From the NCBI GenBank assembly GCA_030390025.1, contig CM059436.1, positions 27,962,001 through 28,026,000 of the forward strand: 64,000 nt of DNA, written 5' to 3'. Shown here in pieces: positions 53,201 through 64,000 of the stretch; the stretch's first letter is position 1, and each line of letters starts with the position of its first letter. The position numbers were made by a program, and so were the translations under genes. The stretch comes from Squalus acanthias (lineage: Eukaryota). The notes below the pieces were generated by a model. The model was not told the origin of the DNA, ran no database searches, and was given only the letters and a program-made list of their open reading frames with translations.

Positions 53201-56200
53201 TAAGAATCAATTTGACAATATTTGTAAACTCCTTCGTGCCAGGGCTGCATATCTGAGAATGGAAAGCTTGAGGGTTCGGCTGAGTCTGACCAGTGATTAG
53301 ACTTGCTGATGAATGGATATCACGTTTCTACTAATGGCTGCCCCGTATTTTGACAACCTCCCACTACTAACCCGAGAAGCTGGTAGGTCGACCGGCCTTA
53401 ATTTGCTTGATTGCTCCAAGATGTCGAAGAAAGCTGAAGTGATAGAAGCGCCTTGCTATTGATATTGGAAAATGACAGACCTATTATTATGTAGTGTAAT
53501 ATTTTCATTTCACGATGTTTCACAATTTCACCAAAATAATATTTTAAAAAGTCTTCAAAACGATATACTTATTTGCTCAATTCATGTCATTACTAATTGA
53601 ATATATTTAAATTTTTAAACTTTAATTAACATATGCGATTAATGTAATTGCAAATGTTCCTTGTTATTACTAAAAGCAAGATCTGCGATTATTTTATAAT
53701 TATTCGCGGCATTGCCTTCTCAGTGGTCAGTATTCCGTCAATGATACTCAAAATAAATACACCATTTAACTTTTACCCCGATCATCATGTACCATTCTCA
53801 TAAACTGTCCGTCTGTTCGGCAGGATTAAAAGCGCGGTAGAAAAATGTAACCTGACGTGCAAATGGGAAGTTCAGAAATTTGCCCATCCAATGTTTCTGT
53901 CAAAATCGACTCTGATTTTAAAGATTTAAAAAAAAATTATTCTGTGCGAAACTTTCTTCCGAACATTAATCTGTCAAATAGAAGCACTGTCCGCCACTGA
54001 CGAAGTGCTGCTTCGCTTGTAATTAAAAATATTAGCCTTCTCTTGTTCGCTATATATATATATATCTTTAAATAACGTAATCGCCCCTGGGCCGGTTTTT
54101 AAGAAGCACACATATACCATCCTAACTCGGGTAAGTCCAGGTTTATTTGTCAACATACCTGATCTGACTGAACCCTGTCGGTCTGACCTCTGATTTGTAA
54201 AACTCCGCTATGACGATGTAAAATACTGAGATTTCTGTCCAGTCCCCCTTTAATTGTGACATAACACTGAAATATATGAAGTGAACTAAAATCCAACAGC
54301 GTGCAGTGAAAATTAGCAGTAACTTTATGCAATTATGGACAGGGACGTATTATGGAAAATTGCTAATTTAAAAATAATTTGATTTATAAATCTGGTTTAA
54401 ATAGGATTTTAAATTCAAGTACAATCCAAGTCCACCTTTAGTGGACCGACAGGAAAGACGGCACTTGCCTGTAGGGCTCAATTCTTTTTAAACTGAAAAA
54501 TAAGATCTACAGAGGTTAATCTTTCAATTTTTACAACATATTTTAAATATTTAACATTTGCTGTATCCATTTTGCACTGTGACAAAACATAACAAATACA
54601 ATGCAAAGAGGTTGTGGCGATATCAATGCTATATAAAAGAGTGTGTGTGGCGGGGCGGGTGGGGGGGGGGAGTGTGATGGGAAGTGTAGAGGAGAAGCTG
54701 CTTCAACTTCACTGTATGTTACGAAACGCAAATCAAATGAAAGGTATAACGGAGTTGAAAACTTTCACAAACACAAAACACGGGAAAGGTGTAAATAATG
54801 AATACAACATCATATGGCTGATTATAACATGTATTTACGTTTGAACGCTTGGAATAGTACAATTACTTGATTTTTAGACATTTACTTTGGAACTAGCACA
54901 ATAAATATAAAACACTGATGTAGTTATGTTTTCATTTCATGACTTAATATTTATGTTTTCTTTTGTAAACTAACACAACGACCTTCTTAATACGTGTTGC
55001 TGGTTTATTCTGTTTCATCGCCATATCATTGTAATCACAAACATGAACATCCTTTATGTTTTTTATGCTGAATGGCTAAATAATACATAGCAAATGAGGC
55101 AATTTCATAATTGAAGAAATTGCTGTTATATATTCTTGCAAACAATAAAAGAGACTTCTAACCCCTAATTAAAATGCAATTTGCTTACAATGTAAAGTGA
55201 TTCATAAGAGTCACTTGGTAGTGGATTGTGATACAGTATAATATTTCCAGCTTTTATCTGAAGCATGGAAATATTCTTACCAACATAAATTTTTTTACTG
55301 ATATCGCCTTACTCTTGTACTGGTTTGCATAAATAAAAGTTATTTTTCATAGCCAAATTATTTTTCTCCATGTTTATGCTTGCTTTGATAATCAGTTTTC
55401 TAAATGCTGGAATATCCACTTTTCTATTTGAAGAAAAGTATTAAAGTATTTTCTTAAAAACATTCCTTTTGTTCATCTGTCCAGGCTTCATTTGATAAAA
55501 TGATATACTCTAGTTATATAAGTTATCAGTTAACAGGTTTTGAATGGATTTCCACCCTCCTGTCTTGCATTTTTGGATACAATGCAATCAAATTGCCCCA
55601 CAGTAAGCCCACTTAAGTGATCTTGCAGTGTTACTAACTATATTGTGTGGGTAAATTATCTGAACTTATGCTTTATTAATGGCTTTTTTTTCTAGTCACG
55701 AGTTAACATGATTTTTGGCACCATTTAAAATAATTTATGTACACTTCAATAGGATAATGGAACCTTTATATTATTTTGAGAGATCAAAGACTCAGTACAT
55801 TTACAATAAATAATAATAATTTCTTCAAACACAATTTACAACACGACACATTCTGAAACACTAAATGGCTAGCAGTTTCACCTATTATTGTTATTATTAT
55901 TTATTGGTTTTGCTGTTATAGTCAATTGAATCCATACTTACTAATGTAAAACAGCTGACCCTGAAGTGTAGTGGAATGTGAAGTACAGATTCAAGCATAT
56001 CTTACTGATCACACCAAGCTTTATTAGTTGAAGGTTATTATCAGGTTATGCTTAACTGAGCTTTGATTAATTCCCACACAGATTTTTCAATTACAATTAA
56101 GAGAAAAAAAGGAGCACGGCATTCAGTAAAGCATAACAATAGGGAAAAATTCAGAAGAAATATTGGGTTTTGCTTGTAAGGAAAATAATTGAAATTGACG

Positions 56201-57369
56201 CGAACGGCTCCATATTTATGAAATATAATCTTGTTCTCTCCTAGCCAGTCTTATGTATATCATATTTAAGGATACCAAGAAAATAATTATGCAAAACGGT
56301 CTAAAACTAAAGGGCCACCTAGGTTTGAAAATTAAAGATGTCACATTAAGAGGCCGAGTAGCCTTAAGCAATAGCATGTTTACTGTTGGGGGAAATGGAG
56401 GGCAGACTAGATGACTGAAGGATCAGCACAAAGTGCAAATCAACCAGTCTTGCTTTCTAATTTCTATTTGGAAATACAGTATGTACATGACCATTCATTG
56501 CTATATAATGTATACTGACTACATTATTTTGTGGTAATCAATGACAGAATTGAAGCTATAGTGATAACATCTGAATTGAGTGCAAACATCATGATGCAAC
56601 AACCACACAAAGTATCCTGCACATTGACATTAATCATAACATTGTCACCAGCAAAAAAGAAATAGCCAAAAAAGTACTATCTCCACTAACATCAGAGTAG
56701 ATATTAAACAAAATAATAGATATGTAATTTCAGGGCCGTAATCCCATCTTGTGGTTCAGTTATAAACTGATGCTTGTGGTGTATGATGCTACCTGAACCC
56801 ATCATTTGAATTATTGCCTTGCAATCACTCCCAGCTATCCATTATGGTCTATTAAATAAGAACGCAGAAATATTTATATTCTGATTCTCCATTGTTTTTT
56901 TAAAGTACCAAAAGCTAAAAACCATTGCTTATACAGCATTTTCTATCATATGAACTTGAATCCAAATTAATATCACACCACAATCACAACATTATTGCTT
57001 TATCATCAGGAGAGCTCAGCTGTCCTCAATTAATAAATGGAGACAATCTGACTCAATCAGCTTCCAGCAGTCAAATGAGGTGTCACTGAATAAACAAGAC
57101 AATATGAAATTGGCCCATAAATGACCATACAACCATTTTATTTATTTAATTTCACTGAATGCATACTTTCAGTACTTAAAAATTATTGCCCCCTCCTTTG
57201 CTGATTTTGGCTCAGAAGCTATAGGATACACAATGGGACTCAGCAGCTTACCAAAAATAAAGAAATCACCAAGTGGCACAAATCCTTATAACTTAGGTGA
57301 TGGGCTATGCTAGTCAACTGACTTTACAGTTTATTTTTTAAGATGTATAACATACAATTTGAATGTAAA

Positions 57370-58715
57370 ACAACAACAACAACTTGTATTTATATAGCAC
57401 CTTTAACATAGTAAAATGTCCCAAGGAGCGTTATCAAACAAAATTGGACACCGAGCAACAGAAGGAGATATTTGGGCAGATTGGTCAAAGAGGTGGGTTT
57501 TTAGGAGGATCTTAAAGGAGGAAGGAGAAGTAGAGAGGTGGAGAGGGTTAGGGACAGGAATTCCAGAGGTTAGGACCTCAGCAGCTGAAGGCACAGCCAC
57601 CAATGGTGGAGTGATTAAAATTGGGGATGCTCAAGAGGCCAGAATTGGAGGAGCGCAGATATCTTGGAGGGTTGTAGGACTGGAGGATATTACAGAGATA
57701 GGGAAGCGCGAGGCCATGGAGGGATTTGAAAACAAGGATGAGAATTTTAAAATCAAGGCGTTGCTTAATCAGGAGCCAACGTAGGTCAGCAAGCACAGGG
57801 GTGATGGGTGAACGGGACTTGGTGCCAGTTAGGACATGGGCAGCAGAGTTTTGGATGACCTCAAGTTTACGGAGGGTAGAACTTGGGAGGCCGGCCAGGA
57901 GTGCATTGGAATAGTCAAGTTTAGATGTAACAAAGGCATGGATGAGGGTTTCAGCAGTAGATGAGCTGAGATAGGGGTGGAGTCGGGTGATGTTATGGAG
58001 GTGGAACTAGGCGGTCTTAGTGATGGTGCAGATATGTGGTCGGAAGCTCATCTCGGGGTCAAATATGACACCAAGGTTGCGAACAGTCTGGTTCAGCCTC
58101 AGACAGTTTCCAGGGAGAGGGATGGAGTTGGTGCTAGGGAATGGAGTTTGTGGCGGGGACCGAAGACAATGGCTTCAGTCTTCCCAATATTTAGCTGAAG
58201 GAAATTTCTGCTCATCCAGTACTCAATGTCGGACAAGCAGCGTGACAAATTTAGAGTGGAGGGGTTGAGAGAGGTGGTGGTGGGTGGCGTCAGCATACAT
58301 GTGGAAACTGACGCTGTGTTTTTAGATGATGTCGCCGAGGGGCAGCATGTAGATGAGAAATAGGAGCGGGCCAAGGATAGATCCCTGGGGACACCAAAAG
58401 CAATAGTGCAGGAGCGGGAATAGAAGCCATTGCAGCTGATTCTCTGGCTACAGTTAGGTAGATAAGAATGGAACCAGGTGAGCGCAGTCTCATCCAGCTA
58501 GACGATGGTGGAGAGGCATTGGAGGAGGATAGTGTGGTTAACTGTGTCAGAGGCTGGAGACAGGTCAAGAAGGACGAGGTGGGATAGTTTACCTTTGTCA
58601 CAGTTACATAGGATGTCATTTGTGACTTTGATAAGAGCCATTTTGGTACTGTGGTAGGGACGAAAACCTGATTGGAGGGATTCAAACATAGAGTTCCAGG
58701 AAAGATAGGCATGGA
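57370..58715 (-). mobile_element. L2 LINE 3' portion (RT domain to tail)
   Basis: FESLQSGFRPYHST...LVLLDLS...DTVNHTILL, FHMYAD, NFLQLNIGKTEAIVFG and FKILILVFKSLHGLA; (CAA)n tail. Same family as 13967-14975. Confidence 0.93.
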
Positions 58716-59229
58716 TACTTAAATGTAGTTTAAGTACTTTGGATGAAAATTTATGACTCTATGTTCTGTGGTGGTCAAGCAGTTGCTATATTGTTATATG
58801 CCAGTAGAATTCCGTAATGCAGTTCAGTAGTGATAAGTGGATGTCAGGGCCTCAGTCTGTATTTGAACAGACTACTTTTCACGTTGGAAATATTCTCCAT
58901 AACGTAGCTGTCAAAGCTTTTTTTTTTGCTGTAAGCTTTCTGGGAAAGGCCAAGAATCTGCAATCAAGATGGAAGCAGAAATAAAGAAGCAGAGAAACAG
59001 GGAGACCAATTAAGAAATGAGTGAGAGAGTTTGAGAACATGAAGAGTGGTTTGCATGTTATGTAATATGACTATAATAAAGAAATTAAGAGTGTTAGGAA
59101 TGATACTATCATTATACATATATACATATCTCAATAGAGATTTTCCCTATTTATTTTTGATAAACACAAAAATATTTTCATTGTTCATTGAGTTAGAACT
59201 TGGAAAGCAAAAATGTAAATTCATCAAGG

Positions 59230-59480
59230 AACAAAGGGAGAGGTTAGGAGAATTTTTAGGAAGTGGATTGTTAGGACAAGCCCTACCAGAAAGAATGGTG
59301 GAAGCAGAATCCATGATAGCTTTTAAAAGGGAAGTGGGTAAGTATCTGCAAAATACATTTTTTTTTAAAAGAGTACAGGGAAAGGGCAGGGAAATATTAC
59401 CAAATACAGTATACAGCCCTTTCATAAAGTCAATGTAGATGTGATGAGCTGAATTACTTCTTTCTGTGCTGTAAAAGTCT
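59230..59480 (+). mobile_element. Old CR1 3' end fragment
   Basis: ALPERMVEAESMIAFKREVGKYL followed by GAGCTGAAT...TTCTGTGCTGTAA. Confidence 0.7.
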
Positions 59481-62400
59481 TAAAAAATGGAATAGGGAAA
59501 ATAGGTCAGTAAAGACAGTTTGGGAGAGAAGAGAAACCCAAAGTGAAAATTTGAAAAAAAAAGGCAGAAAGAAAGAAATAGTGGAGAGGTGGAGCTGGAA
59601 GACTAAAGGTAGATAAGCAAGTTATCTATTTTCTCCCTTTTAGCATTCAGGATAAAACTGGGATCTAGCCATTCAGAACAGGTGCTATATTAATGGTTAA
59701 AGGTAGTGCCAGAATGAAATAAACTGCCACGTTTGGGCCTAGATGTGTGGTAGGAAGTACTAAATCACATCATACTTTAATATAACCAAAAATGGCATCC
59801 TAATCCATAATAACCATCTTTAATGAACTAGACATGATAATCTTCAAAGCATGGCCTTGTTTGGGTACAATGTACTGCTGAGTATAACTAATTAATCTGT
59901 ATATATACTTGTGGATTGTCAAAGAAATGGCATGTTTGTACTGGATATGCTGGCAGCAGAATGAGTATTATTGTAATTCTACCACTAACAATCTACCATA
60001 AAGAAGTACATAAACAACAAATTTTTTAAAAAAAACAAAATAATACTCCTGCTAACCTGCCAAGGACATTTTAAATTCCTGCCCATCTGTAGCCCGACCC
60101 AATTCCACAGGCAACCTCTGCTACAGTGACAGAACTCCAGCTGATTTGGAAGAAAATGCAGCCAGCTGAGTCAGAAGAATGAAGGAACAACTACAAAGAA
60201 AACAAAAACTACTAGTAAAAATTGAAAAAACAAACAAAAATGGTTTTATAACATTGAATCATAACAAAAGTAAAAACAGAGTAACTCTCGTCAAAAACAC
60301 AACTTCTATGATTCATTCTAAAACCCATCTACATAGTTTTGCATCGTGCTACGCAAATTATCCTCTCAAAAATCTACCTCATGATAATAATGGGTCATTA
60401 ATGCTCAAGTAATCACTGCAAATTTATTTTAAGCAGAAAGATGAGTGTTTTATGAGGAGGGCATGACCATATATCACAAATGCCATGAATTGCAAATAAA
60501 CTCACAAAGCAGATTAAATAATCAATATTGTATTTTGTTTAAATACTGCAATAACCTTAATTTCATGATGCAAAGCCATTCTGATGTTTAATTGGAGAAA
60601 TCATATCAAGTGATATTCATTATCTAGGCAGAAACTATTTTAGGTATTTTAACTCAGTACACTAGCAGGAATTGGGTTTGCAGTTCAAAATATATTTACT
60701 GAAGATTTTAAGTCTAAATCCTGCCAAAAAAGTAATTTACTTTGTTGAGACTTACATCTTTAATATTTTTTTGATCATCTTTAAAACATACACTTTTAAT
60801 TTTGTAAGTGGTTTATTCTGAATTTGAAGTCTTCCTAATTAAACATATGTAGGATGACTGGTGCTTTAATGTCTGAAGTGATGCTGATTTTGTGCACTTT
60901 CATTTTTGTTTTTTGCAATTTATTGTATGGGTCTAGTTGTAGATTTTTGTATTCATACATTTCTAATGTCTGCCATAAGTATGCTTTATTAAACATCTCT
61001 AACTTTTGCAAACTAATATTGTTGTAAAATGTTTAACTGCACTAGGAAGAACTGATCTCACCACCTGAAACAAATTCAGGACAGATATTTTGAACCTGTA
61101 TTAGGTAAAAAATACATAAAGGTTTGGCACAAACATTTTCCTACCTCAACTGCATGTATGCTACCTCTTGCACTGTAAGTAAAAAAACAGCAGGTACTGA
61201 TTTCTCCAACTTTACTAAATAAAATTGCCATCATAAAGAACATGATACTTTGTATGATACTGAATGGAAATCAATTACATATTTTTCAATGCCTATGCAT
61301 GGGTTGTTTTCTTCTTGACAATCAACCGTTGTAATAATGTGAGAAGCAATTGCAATTCAACATGTTACAAATAACTGAATTATTCCATAATGGTGATGTG
61401 TTGTCAAAATGGTTTGAACCAAAACCAACTTATAAGCAGTCAACTGTTTGGAAAAGAAAATAAGGAATTAAAAGTTCTAACTCTGTAGGCTTGAATAGCA
61501 TCAGCAGTGCAGATGATCTTGCTTAATTCAATGTGCCATGCAGTGGCCCAGCCTTACCTCCATTCAGCAAAATAATACACAATTAGGGCCATTATTGCAT
61601 GAAACTGTATTTACACTATCACTCTTCAGACTTCCAATTAGCACACACAAACACATTTACGGTAGATAAATCCAAAAAAAGCACACATATCTGTAATTTG
61701 GTCCAATATATGTTTAACAGAATCATAAGTGATTTATAAAGATAGTTCTATTCATTACGATGTAATTATTTTAACTCTGGCTAACCTTTAGCAGCATACC
61801 AACATAATGTACTTTAAAAAAGTTATGCGTTGCAAAGTAATTTCTTTGGGCACATTTGATTTCTCAGTTATTAATGGAACAGTGGAAAAGTGGCGCTGGT
61901 AAGAATGATCTGATATATTGTTCAGCAGCTTTTCAATAATCTTTATTTTCTAGGTTTAACTTTTGTTATGGTTTCCTTCACGTACATGAGACAAGATGAT
62001 GCTAAAAATGAATTACAGCCAGAAGCTGGATATAAATCCCGTGCTAAAATATTAAACCAAAATCGCATTACGATAAACTGACTTAACACTGCCGCTTCTC
62101 CTCGGCACACGTTATACCTTCAGAAAAGCCAATGTTCACATTGCATTCGATTCACTGGAGAGTTACATGAACAAAACATCTGTTTAAAAAAACAAAAAGT
62201 AAGTTTTCCATCAACGGCACTGAATGTGATTTCTCACTATCTTTTAAATGGAAAATGAGGGTGCAACTAGAATGTCCTTTTAAACTTACTCTTTTTAAGA
62301 TGTTTTCACGGGTTCCTTCAGACAAATGAAGAGCTCGGAAGGACAATGCGATGGATGTCACAATTTAGTCCGATTGGTCTGCATCACTCTGCACCAACCA

Positions 62401-63489
62401 CTGCCCACCCTCCCCGCCAAAAATAATTGCTTTCATCAGAGGAAGTATACCCCATGCCGATTGCTTGATATGGTGCGTTTCCCCCCTCCCTCCAAAGAAA
62501 GTTTTACATTGCATCTTGCTTTCCAAAAAAACCGTCCCGTTTTACCTCAATAGCACTTGGAGTTCTCACGCGCTCTCCAGTCAGTGTCCCCACCCCAGGG
62601 CCGCGCGATTCATTCGCCGCCTGTGTTGGCGCGCTCCGGGCGGCGCTGAGATCTGGGCCACACGAGCAGATAGTGCAAGGTCCTGGCAGCAACTCCCCTT
62701 CAATAAACTGGCGCTGAAAACGACACCGCTTGCAGCACCTGTGAGTATTACAAGAACAACAACAACGTGCATTTATATAGCGCCTTTAATATACTGGCAC
62801 TTCAGAGGTCTTTTTTGTGTGTTTTCTTTCAAAAACAAAAGTGTAGTGGCTTTTACTTTCAAATGAGCCAACAAAGAAACGTGTCCTTGCCATTTGATTC
62901 ACATTTGCATTCTGTATTTCTTATGTCTTTTGTTCAGTACTTTTATTCCTTATAAAATCAAAGCGCACTGTCTCCAGGAAAAAAAGTGACTGGCAAGTGA
63001 GCTTTCTCCTTAGCCAGGGAGAAAAGCCCATCTATCTATAAAATTAAACTTATCCTGTCTAATGTGCGGGGGCGGGGCCGGGTCACATCGGAAAGTGTTA
63101 GATGGGCCACATCTTCATAGTGTCACATCGAAAGTGTCACATATCAAAAATAAATCTTGATTGGCCCAAATAATCACTTATCTGTTGTTAGCAATCAAAT
63201 ATTCAATTGACTAAGCGTGAACAAATCAAAATGTAGCAGAAAGTACAGATAAGGAACAACTCACCAGCAGAAAAGTAGAAGTACCCCTCAACGCATCAAT
63301 TAAATTGATCAGATAATTTGTTCAAGCTGAATTCAGCCACATATTTTCTTCTTCACCTGCGTCCATGCATACAATTGAAAACATTTTTAATTATTAACAT
63401 AAAAACTCTGGAAAAAAACACTAAAGGTGCCCATTCAATTAGTTATTTAATGCTTAAAAAGGCCTGAAATTTTCCCCCAAAAGAGGTCC

Positions 63490-64000
63490 AGCCGAGAGCG
63501 AGAGTCCCGTAGGCTGTGTTGCCTGCCCGGTGCCAGGGTTAAGGACATCTCCTCTGGGCTGGAAAGAAACTTGCAGTGGGAGGGGGTGGATCCAGTTGTC
63601 CTGGTCCATGTTGGTACAAATGACGTAGATAGGACAAGGAAGCAGGTTCTGTTAAAGGAGTACGAGCAGCTAGGGGTCAAATTAAAAAACAGAACCTCAA
63701 GGGTAATAATCTCTGGATTATTACCTGAGCCACGAGCGAATTTGGCTAGGACAAATAAAATTAGAGAGTTAAATGAGTGGCTCAAAGACTGGTGTGGGAG
63801 AAATGGGTTTTGCTTCCTGGGACACTGGCACCAGTACTGGGGCAGGAGGGAGCTGTTCCGTTGGGACGGGCTTCACTTGGCCAGTGCTGGGACTAGAGTC
63901 CTGGCAGATCATATAACTAGGGCTGTAGAGAGGGCTTTAAACTAACTAGTGGGGGGGAGGTTCCTAGAGAGAAAATAATAAAAATGACAACAGAGAAGGT
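63490..64000 (+). mobile_element. 5'-truncated CR1 LINE: ORF1 SGNH/GDSL esterase domain, running off the window
   Basis: Uninterrupted frame 63490-63945: CCLPGARVKDI...VVLVHVGTND...VIISGLLP...WDGLHL...RAVERALN*. GxND and DxxH are SGNH blocks typical of CR1 ORF1; the N-terminal GDS block is missing. Confidence 0.9.

Overview
Eukaryotic, vertebrate DNA, most likely from a shark or other chondrichthyan; this is inferred from the repeat content (Deu-domain SINE, V-SINE/HE1-type SINE, CR1 and L2 LINEs, Harbinger elements). The only host protein-coding gene I can support is SIX2 on the - strand, with two coding exons (49361-49920 and 48061-48391) giving 296 aa. It lies in a ~14 kb zone (about 43100-57350) with no recognisable transposon and visibly more CpG. 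The rest is intergenic: CNE-like AT-rich blocks alternate with nested transposon clusters. These include CR1 and L2 fragments, SINEs, a fossil two-gene Harbinger, Harbinger-type MITEs with 3-bp TSDs, and a CR1 ORF1 esterase at the right edge. The most notable non-coding signal is a short, young, TSD-flanked Penelope-type element in two copies (1680-1813 on -, 42937-43095 on +), each with an intact minimal hammerhead-ribozyme core. Other points of interest are a tandem splice donor in SIX2, uORFs in its predicted leader, a dense PBX/MEIS-TCF-SIX promoter module, and candidate CTCF sites in the presumed SIX3-SIX2 interval. No CRISPR array, rRNA or true tRNA gene is supported. I do not see a wholly new biological system: the best candidates are uncharacterised members of known classes. 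Repeat boundaries are by-eye estimates and family names come from recall, not from database searches.
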